Shown here: positions 11,301 to 20,125 of the stretch, piece by piece
Position numbering within the stretch: the first letter of the stretch is position 1
Layout: every line of letters starts with the position of its first letter
DNA from: an uncultured Bacilli bacterium
GTDB lineage: Bacteria > Bacillota_I > Bacilli_A > RF39 > UBA660
Assembly (NCBI GenBank): GCA_947626695.1
Contig: CANQTE010000001.1
Coordinates: 14 to 64,013, forward strand
Length of the DNA: 64,000 bases
Direction of reading: 5' to 3'
Position numbers and translations under genes: made by a program
The notes under the pieces: model-generated
What the model was told of the DNA's origin: nothing
The model's input: the letters and a program-made list of their open reading frames with translations, nothing else
The model's database searches: none

Positions 11301-14067
11301 TTGCATATTGTCCCTGCGTTGGGTCAATCCATGCAACATCTGTTAAATTAACTTCTTTTGAGTACACTTTCCCTGTGCCAGAATAACTTTCAGCTTCCAT
11401 TTTAGAAGGAGTTACAAATATTCCCTGCTCTATTGGATAAGAACTATACACTGTGATTTTACCAGTATTTAATGCTTCATTAACTATATCAGCACCATAA
11501 TCTGGGTCAAAGTTGTTGTTTTCCCAATCTTCCCAATCACTATCTTGCAATGTTTCTTCAAATGTTTTTACATCATCAATAGTTCGTATCCAAGTTGCAT
11601 TTTCATTGCCTGCTGGATTTGTTTTTAATACTATATCTAGCTGTTGTTGTTTTAACGTATTATTTTGGCTATTTTGCATAGAGTATTTAGTAGGTAATTT
11701 GACATTTTGGCTAGATTGTGGTATACTTTCAGTACTGGAATTACTAATGTTAGAGTATTGTACTCTTTCATTTAAGGTAGTTCCTTTTTTTGTGTATATT
11801 TTTTTAAAATTATTATTTTGTATATATTTTGTAATATTTTTTCTACCATATGCTGATTTAATTTGATTTTCTTCAATATATACATTATTATATGTTCCTT
11901 TACCATCTATTCGTATAGGTACCACTATATTATTACCCTGTTTATCTAATATTTCAGTAATTATTAAAAATTCATTTTGTGAAGTTTTATATATTTCTGT
12001 TGGATTATCTAAACTATCTATAACATTAATCAATGTTTCCTTCCCTAGTCCATGATAATTTACATTTTTTTCATACATATTGCTATTTTTTGCTTCTAAT
12101 TCGGTTAAAATAGTACTTTTTACATGTTTTGCTGTTATCAACATTGGCAAATCTTTTACACCATTATTTACCAAAATTTCAGGTGTAAAATCTCTAGCTT
12201 TAACTTGATTATTACTTTTATATTTTCCTGTTAACACTTCGTCAATCTCATTAGAGAAATTTCTACTAATATGGTAGTTTGCATTATTATTTAAATTATT
12301 AACAGCTTGTTCTTGAGTTGTATTTCTATAAGCAGTCTCCCATTTATTTTTCAAATCTCTAACAAATAATGCTTCATGTGAATTACCAGTTATTTTATTT
12401 GCTAGTGATATTATTGAATTATATATTCTTTTAAAGATACTAGGCTTTTCTAAAGATAAATTATTAATAAATTCTTGATTACCAAATAACTCTCCTGAAA
12501 TATCTGCTAAAACTTCACTAGATACGTCATTTGTTCTATAAGTTGTTTGTAAATCTTTCAATGCTACTTTAAAATCATCATGTTGACTTGCAAAGTTTAA
12601 TACTAAATCCTTCATTTCTTGAGTTTCAATCGCATGAGTTACTTCATGAATAATTAAAAACTCTCCTGATTTAGGAGAATTTGGATTTAATCTTATTTCA
12701 ATTTCACCATTATCTAACGTTTTTATTTGACCATTTACAGTCTTTCCTTCATCATTGACAATATTACTATCAAATATAACATTATAATCTTTATCACTTA
12801 TAATTTTTGAGATATTATCAATAAAGTTATGAGTTTGCTCACTATTGTTAAAATATTTACTAGCAGATTCACGTAAATTATTTACTTTAATGTTATCACT
12901 TTTTTGATATTGATAAACATTAGTAGGCTGTGAATTTTCAAGATTGCTCATACTATTTTTTACATTATTTTGTGATATTAAGTTTTCATTAATAGGAATA
13001 TTTGTATTTGGTAAGGGTAAATTAGTATTATTTCTATTATTTCTTGTTACCATATTAACAGTTGCTGGTAGGCCACCTACTGCACCTGCTAAAGTCCCTG
13101 CAAAGAAGTTTTCCCATAATTCTTCTTTATTAAATTTTTCTGCTAAACTAGGTGCATCTTTATCGACAACATTTTTAAAATAATCTAAAGCATGAGTTCC
13201 AGCATAATTAAGTAAGTATGATGCAATTTCTTCTGTTCCTTCACCTACTGCTTTAATACCTGCAGTTGCTAGTGTTTTAGCAAGTCCACTTTTCATTTTT
13301 TTAGTGACACCTTTTACTATTGCATCATCTAAATCTGACCCACCTAAGCCAAATGTTCCAAAAAGACTTTCTGATACACCTTCTGCTACTCCACCTAAAG
13401 CACCATTTAACCATACTTGCCAATCTTTAGCGCCTTTTTGAGTTGCCTCAGACATACTATTACTTGCACCACTTATCACAGATGTAACAGGCATATTAAA
13501 TGTCTTACCACCTATATTTAGAGGAATATTGCCATTAGCTCCTAGTAAGGCACTAGAAGTTACACCCATAGCATACATATTACCTATTGAATTAGCAACA
13601 CTATCTAATTTTTCACCCATAACAGAGTTTTTATCAACTATATTATCTACTGGCTTAAATACTTTATTAGTTAAACTTTCTGAAGCTGCTTTTCTTACTT
13701 CATCTGCATAATTTTGTATTCCTTTTGAATTAAATACTTTACCAGTCCAATCAATTACTTGTGCTCCTGCATAAGCTCCTAAATCTCCGATAGACTCGCC
13801 TGCACTTACTACACCTTTAGCAAGATTAGTTCCTATATCTCCTGCTGTTCCAAGTACAGTTTTAGTAAAATCACCAAATTGATAACCATCAGAAAAGGCT
13901 CCACTTTGGAACCATGTATTTTTTGTTTTATTTTTCTTTTTATTTTTAGTTGTTTGTTGCGGTATTTTTGCATCAAATACACTTTCAGCTTGTCCCTCAT
14001 AAGGAACTTTTCTATTATTAAAAGCTATATCTATACCGTATTTAGATACATCGCTTAATTTCACCAT
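8323..14067 (-). CDS. Giant 1914-aa virion protein with a Gly-rich N-terminus and an HExxH zinc-metallopeptidase motif
   Basis: The N-terminal GxxGG-rich region resembles tape-measure or ejection proteins. IIHEVTHAIE is an HExxH site. It is the largest gene in the structural module. Confidence 0.45.
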   Translation of the reverse strand: MVKLSDVSKYGIDIAFNNRKVPYEGQAESVFDAKIPQQTTKNKKKNKTKNTWFQSGAFSDGYQFGDFTKTVLGTAGDIGTNLAKGVVSAGESIGDLGAYAGAQVIDWTGKVFNSKGIQNYADEVRKAASESLTNKVFKPVDNIVDKNSVMGEKLDSVANSIGNMYAMGVTSSALLGANGNIPLNIGGKTFNMPVTSVISGASNSMSEATQKGAKDWQVWLNGALGGVAEGVSESLFGTFGLGGSDLDDAIVKGVTKKMKSGLAKTLATAGIKAVGEGTEEIASYLLNYAGTHALDYFKNVVDKDAPSLAEKFNKEELWENFFAGTLAGAVGGLPATVNMVTRNNRNNTNLPLPNTNIPINENLISQNNVKNSMSNLENSQPTNVYQYQKSDNIKVNNLRESASKYFNNSEQTHNFIDNISKIISDKDYNVIFDSNIVNDEGKTVNGQIKTLDNGEIEIRLNPNSPKSGEFLIIHEVTHAIETQEMKDLVLNFASQHDDFKVALKDLQTTYRTNDVSSEVLADISGELFGNQEFINNLSLEKPSIFKRIYNSIISLANKITGNSHEALFVRDLKNKWETAYRNTTQEQAVNNLNNNANYHISRNFSNEIDEVLTGKYKSNNQVKARDFTPEILVNNGVKDLPMLITAKHVKSTILTELEAKNSNMYEKNVNYHGLGKETLINVIDSLDNPTEIYKTSQNEFLIITEILDKQGNNIVVPIRIDGKGTYNNVYIEENQIKSAYGRKNITKYIQNNNFKKIYTKKGTTLNERVQYSNISNSSTESIPQSSQNVKLPTKYSMQNSQNNTLKQQQLDIVLKTNPAGNENATWIRTIDDVKTFEETLQDSDWEDWENNNFDPDYGADIVNEALNTGKITVYSSYPIEQGIFVTPSKMEAESYSGTGKVYSKEVNLTDVAWIDPTQGQYAKVDAKYSENSNSWQEYLDKHYKTSGTRTNMSDIKLPTSKDVNKINLPPVNNNINNKTLNPLEISKLTKEDANTTPKLPVVNRNTTSDGDSRFASNIENKVNMLNDEQKNRILSEEEVKYYDKVTNKESLEKAFEKINNGGLSETLNWQNRFAPDKNGQMKQNPTAVDIAEGWILMKQYADNKDYDSMVEIAKTMRRIGSTAGQTVQAFNILERMTPEGMVKYAQSELQEAYDYMIKNKSKEWIDKHREDFDLTPDEVQFIMDNMKEISTMEDGYDKRVKLAEIQKLMTDKLPPVKGAGIKSWMRISMLFNPKTQVRNVAGNALIMPINSFSDLFSNYADKIISKKTGVRTTGKTNIKAMLKGIKEGAYQATNDYKKGINTKDMKGNRFEITEGKNFNDKTLMGKSLNKVESMLNYIMDVGDRVFSQAAFENSLQNQMVLNNTTEITQDMLDIARTESLQRTWNDNNSYTKFVLDIRRMLNKIHLPGMDSYGVGDILIPFAKTPANLTKAIVDYSPVGMINTLVEGNNLRKSLTNGQFTPQMQHKFVQDLGKATAGTMLYVLGYALAKSGVISGEADDDKDVSNFMKNTLGISSYSIKIGNKSFTYDWAQPIAAPLSIMANIVQKQKENATLLENATSSLNTAGSILLEQSFFESIKTVFSNNDGVVSGIQEAILELPARAVPTFSKQIADMVDGTQRTSFEYDKPIKSAINSVKAKIPFVSKTLAPTVDTMGREVKKYGGKNNIFNVFLNPANVNTENISKGAEEIYNVYKATGDKSVMPRVPEYKYKDKDGNLLEFNSKDRANFQKISGNIVENTMKDLLKNSKYTSMSNEDKASVINDVVNYSYNKAREETLGLSMANTYNKINEYVSNGGKISDYYTNKKEIDYSLDYPDKYSVITNITTYDKYQKYKTELQNIRDNTDDDKTETIKYINSLNLSIPQRAIFIKQYYKTFNDYNKEIAEYINNKNLTIEEKTKILTELGFVIRDGRVYW

Positions 14068-14079
14068 AGAAAAAACCTC

Positions 14080-15231
14080 CTATCTAACTCTACTTACTAG
14101 CTGTACCTCGAAATATTTATTCTGGGAACCGTCCCAAATATAATATTTACCATCTTTAGTTTGCCATATTGTTTGATTATCAAGACTAGCTCCAGTTTCT
14201 CCAAATAATTTGCCTGTGCCAAATATGTCTTTAACTTTATACCCACTTTTAGAAAGTTTTTTCCCTTCATAATTGTCTGGCTGATATTCAACACCGTTTT
14301 TATCTTTAGTTCCAAAAGTTCCATATTTTACATCTTTATTAATTGGTCCGTTCCAATAATCAGTTTCTATTATACGATTATCTTCTAATTCAGCTGAATT
14401 TTCATAAGCTTTCTTTTGTAATTCATATTCTTTTTGCCATTGTTGTTGAGCAAGTCTATCTTGTTCTTTTTGATAAGCCATTTGTTGTTCCCACTGTTGC
14501 TGTGCACGTTGAGCCTGTTCTCTTTGATAAGCAAGATTTTCATTATATTGTCTTTGTTGTTCTGCCATTTCAGCTTCCCACTGTCTAATAGCTTCTTGTC
14601 TTGCAAGTTCTTCTTGATAACGATTATACTCATCACTATAACGTCCATAATATTCACTATCAATATTTTGATTATTTGTTAATTGTTGTTGCGTAATTGA
14701 ATTTTTATTTTGAGTAAATTCTTTTAAAGCGTCCATTTGAGCCTGTAATTTAGCAAGAGCATTCTGAGCCATATTAGAATCATGATTAAGTCTTGCCTGT
14801 GCCATTTCATCATCATATTGTACAAAAGCATCTTGCATAACTTTATTTGCAGTTGCATTTCTATTTTGATAAATAGTATAAGCTCCCATTTGAGCATTTC
14901 CTGAAACACCACTATTAAGTAGTCCTTGACTTCCTAAGGCCTCAGCCTGTGCACCATAAGGATTAATATAATTTAAATAATCATTACGTGCTTTTTTCTG
15001 CTCAGTTTCCATGTTTTTACGTGCTTCTTCTTTATTTCTATTTACTACTTGCTCATTATAGGCAAGTTGTTTATCTAATAATTCATTTTGTGTTCTTTCT
15101 GCATCTTCTGCAAGTTGATATTGTTTATCATATAAATTTTGATTATCTTGAAGCATATCACCATAAGTATTATTACTATTTTGAAGTGCTTGTGCTTTTT
15201 GTCTTTCTAATTCTGCTATTCTTTCGTCCAT
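14080..15231 (-). CDS. Virion protein with a Q-rich coiled-coil N-terminus
   Basis: The N-terminal half is predicted coiled coil with many Gln/Glu/Ala residues. Structural-module context. Confidence 0.3.
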   Translation of the reverse strand: MDERIAELERQKAQALQNSNNTYGDMLQDNQNLYDKQYQLAEDAERTQNELLDKQLAYNEQVVNRNKEEARKNMETEQKKARNDYLNYINPYGAQAEALGSQGLLNSGVSGNAQMGAYTIYQNRNATANKVMQDAFVQYDDEMAQARLNHDSNMAQNALAKLQAQMDALKEFTQNKNSITQQQLTNNQNIDSEYYGRYSDEYNRYQEELARQEAIRQWEAEMAEQQRQYNENLAYQREQAQRAQQQWEQQMAYQKEQDRLAQQQWQKEYELQKKAYENSAELEDNRIIETDYWNGPINKDVKYGTFGTKDKNGVEYQPDNYEGKKLSKSGYKVKDIFGTGKLFGETGASLDNQTIWQTKDGKYYIWDGSQNKYFEVQLVSRVR

Positions 15232-15246
15232 AATTAATCTTCCTTT

Positions 15247-17001
15247 CTATTTTTTAATGTATCCTGCTACAAAGCCCTGTAAAGTACAAGAGAATAGTCC
15301 AAATGGCTTATTTGAACTAAATTTAAGTTGTATATCTTTAAATTTTTTATCTTTTATGCGATAAGTAATATATCCTTTTTCATCACTTAATATTGTTTTT
15401 TCTTTTAAAGTACCATCTACTATTGTATCAACATGAATTTCTTTATTATCCATCTTATATAAATTAGCAACATTTCCTCTTTTATTAGTAGTTTTAGTAT
15501 AACTTGGGTAATTAAAATCATCTTTAGCGGTAGTCCAGTAACTTTCAATATCTTGATTATTATCTATAATTCCATCTAATATAAATAAATCACCCGTTTC
15601 ATTACCTAAATAAAGATTTCCTCTATATTCTTTAATAAATGTAATATTAAATGGTAATTCCCAATAAAACCACTCATACTCAATATCAGTATTATTATTA
15701 AAACGTGCTCTACTATCTGCTAGATAAACATGAGAATTAACTAAGCAAAATAAATAGCCATTATATTCTGCTATTTTCATATCTTCATATCCATGCTCTT
15801 TTAATAATTTAGAATCTATTTTACTAGATCTATGTTGAAGTATTTGCTCACTATATAAAGAGCTATTAGATACACCTTCTAATCCTCTTTTAGAAAAGAA
15901 TACTATATCATCATTAAAGTTTACACCAAGTGAAGTACAACCTAGACTAATAGAACCATTTACACTAGGATATATTTTATTATAAGAACTATCTAATGTA
16001 GGTGTTAAATAATAAATACTACTACTATTTTGCTCCATTTCTTTAATAACCCATAATACACCGTTACCTGGAACAATAGCTCTTATTTTGGCTAAATCCA
16101 TACCACAAGTATAATGGACATCTTCTCTTATGTATCTTGGATTGTCTATCTCACAATGAAAAACTGTATTAGGATAATTAGGATTACCACTAAAAAATAT
16201 TCTATTATCAAATTCACACAATAATTTACAATTAAGTATTCTTTCTTTATTACCTTTTTCAGTCTTACTATACGTAATAATTACTTCAACATCTTTTTCT
16301 GGTGCTTCATTAAATGTTACTATTCCCTTTAATCTATCAACTGAAAAATCAATATTTTCTACTAAAATTTGGCCATTTACTGTTGCAGACATTAAATAAG
16401 TACTAGAACTATCTAAATCTTCACTATTTAAGTGATATTCTGTACTCTCACCATCTCCAATAAATAAATTATTTCTAAGGCTAGTTAAAAGATTTACAGG
16501 CTGATACACTAAATCTGTATCTGTATCACTATCAATTGGAGTTGACCCATCTGGATTACGATAATATGTAACATTAGGAATTGTTCCTTCAACTTGTTTT
16601 AAAGTCTCTCCATCATATTCTAAATAATTTATCCCATCTAAAATAAACAAAGTATTATTAAATATAAACGATTTACTCTCAACAATATTCATAGTATCCC
16701 ATAATTCTGTTGTTTGGGCGGGCATATTAGGGTAATTATTCCATTTTAATAGTTTAGGCCCAGTATGAACTAAAACGTGTTCTACACCATCTAAATTTAA
16801 AAAAAATAAACCTAGAATTTTATTGCCAAAATTATTTAACAATTTCATTCCAGGTCTAGTTTGTACACAATCATTTACATCATATTTTTTCCACATATTT
16901 AGAGCATCAGGACTTCTTTGTAAAGAAACATCGCCATTAGAAAAATCTACTCCTCTAAAATTAGAATATTCTCTAGTTATTAAATCACTTATACTAGACA
17001 T
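15247..17001 (-). CDS. Phage structural protein, a tail-tube or adaptor candidate
   Basis: 584 aa, between the head-completion genes and the giant protein. Confidence 0.3.
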   Translation of the reverse strand: MSSISDLITREYSNFRGVDFSNGDVSLQRSPDALNMWKKYDVNDCVQTRPGMKLLNNFGNKILGLFFLNLDGVEHVLVHTGPKLLKWNNYPNMPAQTTELWDTMNIVESKSFIFNNTLFILDGINYLEYDGETLKQVEGTIPNVTYYRNPDGSTPIDSDTDTDLVYQPVNLLTSLRNNLFIGDGESTEYHLNSEDLDSSSTYLMSATVNGQILVENIDFSVDRLKGIVTFNEAPEKDVEVIITYSKTEKGNKERILNCKLLCEFDNRIFFSGNPNYPNTVFHCEIDNPRYIREDVHYTCGMDLAKIRAIVPGNGVLWVIKEMEQNSSSIYYLTPTLDSSYNKIYPSVNGSISLGCTSLGVNFNDDIVFFSKRGLEGVSNSSLYSEQILQHRSSKIDSKLLKEHGYEDMKIAEYNGYLFCLVNSHVYLADSRARFNNNTDIEYEWFYWELPFNITFIKEYRGNLYLGNETGDLFILDGIIDNNQDIESYWTTAKDDFNYPSYTKTTNKRGNVANLYKMDNKEIHVDTIVDGTLKEKTILSDEKGYITYRIKDKKFKDIQLKFSSNKPFGLFSCTLQGFVAGYIKK

Positions 17002-17013
17002 TTAAATCTCCTC

Positions 17014-17616
17014 CTAAATATTTACTCCACCACTTATTTCAAATAAATTAACACTTGAACGCATATCTATACTATTTTTCATTTCTAAGTATCTATTATA
17101 AAAATAAGTACCATAGTTACTAATCATATCCATTTTAAGTAAATCCGCTGCAATACCATAAGGCATTATTTCAAGTAAAACATTATCAAGTTCAAATTCA
17201 TATGTATTATCATAATTTTCATCATTAGGATTTAATTCTACTAACTCTGGATATTTATAATAATAAACATAAAATGTTCCTTCATAATCACTTGGTAGCT
17301 TCATAGTTAGATCATCAAGCATTTTATATTCTACTTCTTCGTTATATTCTTCTCCAAAATAAATTTTATTTATTTGATATAAGTCCTCAATATAATCTTT
17401 TAAATTAATTATTTTATCATCATCTTTAGTTATTTCTATTTCCGTATTAGCAGTTAATTTACGATATTTCATTAAATCTAACATTGTTTGATTTATTACA
17501 CCATTTATTTTATTTTTAACATCTTCATCTTCTGCTAAGCCATTTGCATTTGGGTAATATTCTTCTATAAGACTAAATGTTTTTTGCTTCATTTCCTTTA
17601 GTGTCATCTTTATCAC
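17014..17616 (-). CDS. Head-tail joining or structural protein
   Basis: Position directly after the capsid and connector genes. Confidence 0.3.
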   Translation of the reverse strand: MIKMTLKEMKQKTFSLIEEYYPNANGLAEDEDVKNKINGVINQTMLDLMKYRKLTANTEIEITKDDDKIINLKDYIEDLYQINKIYFGEEYNEEVEYKMLDDLTMKLPSDYEGTFYVYYYKYPELVELNPNDENYDNTYEFELDNVLLEIMPYGIAADLLKMDMISNYGTYFYNRYLEMKNSIDMRSSVNLFEISGGVNI

Positions 17617-17992
17617 CTTTATATATATCTTTAATATCTTTTATCTCTTCTTCAAGCTCCTCTAAAGTACACATTTGATATTGTGGAACAATAAATCCTT
17701 CTTTTTCGTCCCATATTAAAATAGTTCCTTCTGGTACTTTTACTTTAATGGTACTTTCTTCTTCGATTTCAAATTTACCTGCTGTTTCTTTTCTTTTAAT
17801 GGTAGTTACAAGAGTTAAATCTTTAAGTTCTTGTTTTACAACTCCATTTTCTGTTTGCTCTGTAAATTTAGTATCTTTCATAATTTTTTTGCCATAAATT
17901 TGTTTTAAATTAGGTTTTAATGTATAGTATTCTATCTTTTCTGTCATAAATATTCTTTTCCTTTCATTTAGTCGTGTTTGTAAGAATTGCAC
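17573..17992 (-). CDS. Head completion or connector protein
   Basis: Small ORF immediately downstream of the capsid gene. Confidence 0.3.
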   Translation of the reverse strand: MQFLQTRLNERKRIFMTEKIEYYTLKPNLKQIYGKKIMKDTKFTEQTENGVVKQELKDLTLVTTIKRKETAGKFEIEEESTIKVKVPEGTILIWDEKEGFIVPQYQMCTLEELEEEIKDIKDIYKGDKDDTKGNEAKNI

Positions 17993-18018
17993 TTACTTAA
18001 ACTTTTAACACGATATTA

Positions 18019-18036
18019 AGAGGTTTTTATACCTCT
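18019..18036 (-). terminator. Hairpin after the capsid module
   Basis: AGAGGT-ttttat-ACCTCT inverted repeat overlapping the stop codon of the extension. Confidence 0.35.
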
Positions 18037-18344
18037 ATTCATCTGCGGTTACTTCAATACTAAATTCAGCACTTTCTTTTTCTTTACTGTTTTTATCAGT
18101 AACCTTTACTTTTGCTGTGTAAGTTTTTTCTTCTGTAAGAGCCTCTGCTAATTTAACCTTAGCTTCTTCCTCTTTAAACTTAGCAGCATCTGTACCAGTT
18201 ATTTCATAAGTATATGGTTCTTCACCACCATCAACTGAGATACTAGCAACTTCTTTATCAAGAGTAGCTTCTGATTTCTTAATTGATGCAGCAGTAACAC
18301 TAACTGTTACAGAGTTAATTTCGCCCTTTTCGGGCTTACTAGGG
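18035..18344 (-). other. +1-frame Ig-like (Big_2-type) C-terminal extension of the capsid, candidate programmed +1 frameshift at CCC-UAG
   Basis: The frame-0 gene ends CCC TAG. The +1 frame (CCT AGT AAG CCC...) is open for ~102 codons. It encodes PEKGEINSVTVSVTAASIKKSEATLDKEVASISVDGGEEPYTYEITGTDAAKF..., which is Ig-like. There is no ATG, and a hairpin terminator follows. Confidence 0.5.
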
Positions 18345-19172
18345 TGTTAATCCAGCTTTCTTAGTTTTAAGAACAACTATTTCTTCTTTACGAGTTAATA
18401 GTCCACCAAAAACATAAAGTCCTTTTAAAGCATCTTCAAAAGCATCTTGTGGTCTATATGCTTCTACTTTATTGATTTGTTCAGCAAAAGCAATAGCATG
18501 CTCAGTTCTTAAGATGTTAAATACATCTGTTTCATCATGTGGAAGTAAGTTTTCAATGGTGATGTTAGCATTACCATATTTTCCAACAATACCTTTCTTA
18601 GCCATCTCAACATTGTTAGTTAATAGCTCTGTAATAGATGGTCTAATATATTTGTAATATGATGGGTCAACTTCTAGCCAATAGTTTTCACTAACTTTAC
18701 AATTATTACTATAAAGAGCTGCAAAGCCATCTTCGATATGTTCTATCGCATTAGCTTTTGATGGTGTGATACTATCAATTGCTTTAATGTCCTCATTAGT
18801 TACACCAGTTTTAACGATTTCTGCGACGTATTTATCGCCTTCCTCTGATAATGCAATAGCTCCTTCTTTAGCTGTTGCTTCCATAGCACCTGGAACACTT
18901 TGTGCTTTTTTAACATCATCTAATGCAATGTTAAAATAATAGAATTGGTCCATTTTTAAAGTCATATCAGTTGCACTAATATATTCTTTATCAATTTTTG
19001 TACCAGGTACATATTTTTTAATAGTTGGTCTTACTGCATTTAAGATTTTTACCTCCTTTGCATTTGGAGTATCTTTTTCATATTTGAAATCACAGTGATT
19101 TCTTAAGCTCGTAATTGTTTTTAGAGCTCTTTCATAGGCTTTATGCCAAATAGTTTGCATAGCGCCGTCCAT
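18339..19172 (-). CDS. Major capsid protein (frame-0 product ending ...KKAGLTP*)
   Basis: It follows a scaffold-like acidic protein and a portal. Its size and position are typical of a capsid gene. Confidence 0.55.
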   Translation of the reverse strand: MDGAMQTIWHKAYERALKTITSLRNHCDFKYEKDTPNAKEVKILNAVRPTIKKYVPGTKIDKEYISATDMTLKMDQFYYFNIALDDVKKAQSVPGAMEATAKEGAIALSEEGDKYVAEIVKTGVTNEDIKAIDSITPSKANAIEHIEDGFAALYSNNCKVSENYWLEVDPSYYKYIRPSITELLTNNVEMAKKGIVGKYGNANITIENLLPHDETDVFNILRTEHAIAFAEQINKVEAYRPQDAFEDALKGLYVFGGLLTRKEEIVVLKTKKAGLTP

Positions 19173-19188
19173 AAATTATCATTCCTTT

Positions 19189-20040
19189 CTAACTTTTGGA
19201 AGTCATTGATTTTCTTACCTTTTCCCAAACTCCAGGTTTATCTAAATCTTCTAAGCTAAGTTTAGATATTTCTTCACCAGTATAAAAATCTTTATCTCCA
19301 TTTATTTGAGTGTTTTTCATACTACCTGGATTTTTAAAATTTTTCTTTGGACTGTTATTCATATATAAAGCATAAATATTCTTAACAGGTTCATTAGGAT
19401 TAAATTTCTTTCTAAAAGATATAAAATCTTCATTAGTTAGTAAATCTTCCTTAGCCCCCAAAGATTTTAAAATTTTTTTGTCATTTTCCTCTGTAAGTTT
19501 TTCACTTAAAGTAGTAAAAATAACTTTTTCACGGTCTGTCATATTAGCATAGCCTTTACTAGCTAAACGATTTGCTTCATTTAGCATTGCATCGTAGCCA
19601 TCTTCGATAAATTCATTTGCTTCATCTTTAGCTAAAACTTCAATCTCGTGTTTGGAATATCCAGGTTTTATAGGTTCTGGAATATTTATTCCTTGTTCTT
19701 TATAAAACTCTCGCATTTTTTGATTAGCTTCTTGGATATTTGACGTGCCTAAGCCTGCATTTAAAACAGCTTCAGTATCTTTATAATTAGCATACTTTTT
19801 TTCATAGTCACGCTCTAACTTAGACATTTTTCTTGCCACTCTTTTATCAACTAAATCATTTAGTTCCTCATCAGTAACAAAACGTCCTTGCGGTTTACTA
19901 TCTTCTTCTTTTTCTTCAGTAGCCTCATTATTTTCTACTTCAGCGGTATCAGTTAGTTCTATACCTTCCTCTTTTTCTTCTACTGTTTGAGCATCAGTAT
20001 TTTCAGTAACTTCTTCTGTTACATTTTCTTTTTCCTCCAT
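19189..20040 (-). CDS. Scaffolding protein
   Basis: Highly acidic Glu-rich N-terminus. It sits between portal and capsid. Confidence 0.5.
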   Translation of the reverse strand: MEEKENVTEEVTENTDAQTVEEKEEGIELTDTAEVENNEATEEKEEDSKPQGRFVTDEELNDLVDKRVARKMSKLERDYEKKYANYKDTEAVLNAGLGTSNIQEANQKMREFYKEQGINIPEPIKPGYSKHEIEVLAKDEANEFIEDGYDAMLNEANRLASKGYANMTDREKVIFTTLSEKLTEENDKKILKSLGAKEDLLTNEDFISFRKKFNPNEPVKNIYALYMNNSPKKNFKNPGSMKNTQINGDKDFYTGEEISKLSLEDLDKPGVWEKVRKSMTSKS

Positions 20041-20125
20041 ATATCCTCCTATTTTTTTATAAGTGTTTGCTTCACTATCCCACAGCTTTTAAAGTCATCA
20101 GGCTTTGGACTAAAAAGCATCGACA

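Noticed and set aside
9026-13711. Several plus-strand ORFs (9026..9217, 10564..10782, 11513..11866, 12944..13183, 13529..13711) inside the 1914-aa minus-strand gene
   Set aside because: They are fully antisense to a long, well-supported coding frame and are low complexity. These are spurious AT-rich ORFs, as are 307..564, 1159..1383, 1564..1755, 3520..3798, 6835..7571, 14097..15233, 16823..17005, 18472..18657, 20067..21520, 21897..22603, 23439..23744, 26792..26992, 28680..28883, 29369..29930, 30536..30724, 33546..33902, 36640..36828, 38030..38260, 41959..42234, 49816..50118, 50730..50921, 53613..53978 and 54588..54770.
8323-17992. Calling 8323..14067 a siphovirus tape-measure protein and 17014..17616 a major tail protein
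   Set aside because: No G/GT frameshifted chaperone pair, tail terminator or Dit/Tal set is present in the expected order. Two large unrelated proteins intervene. The morphotype is therefore left open.
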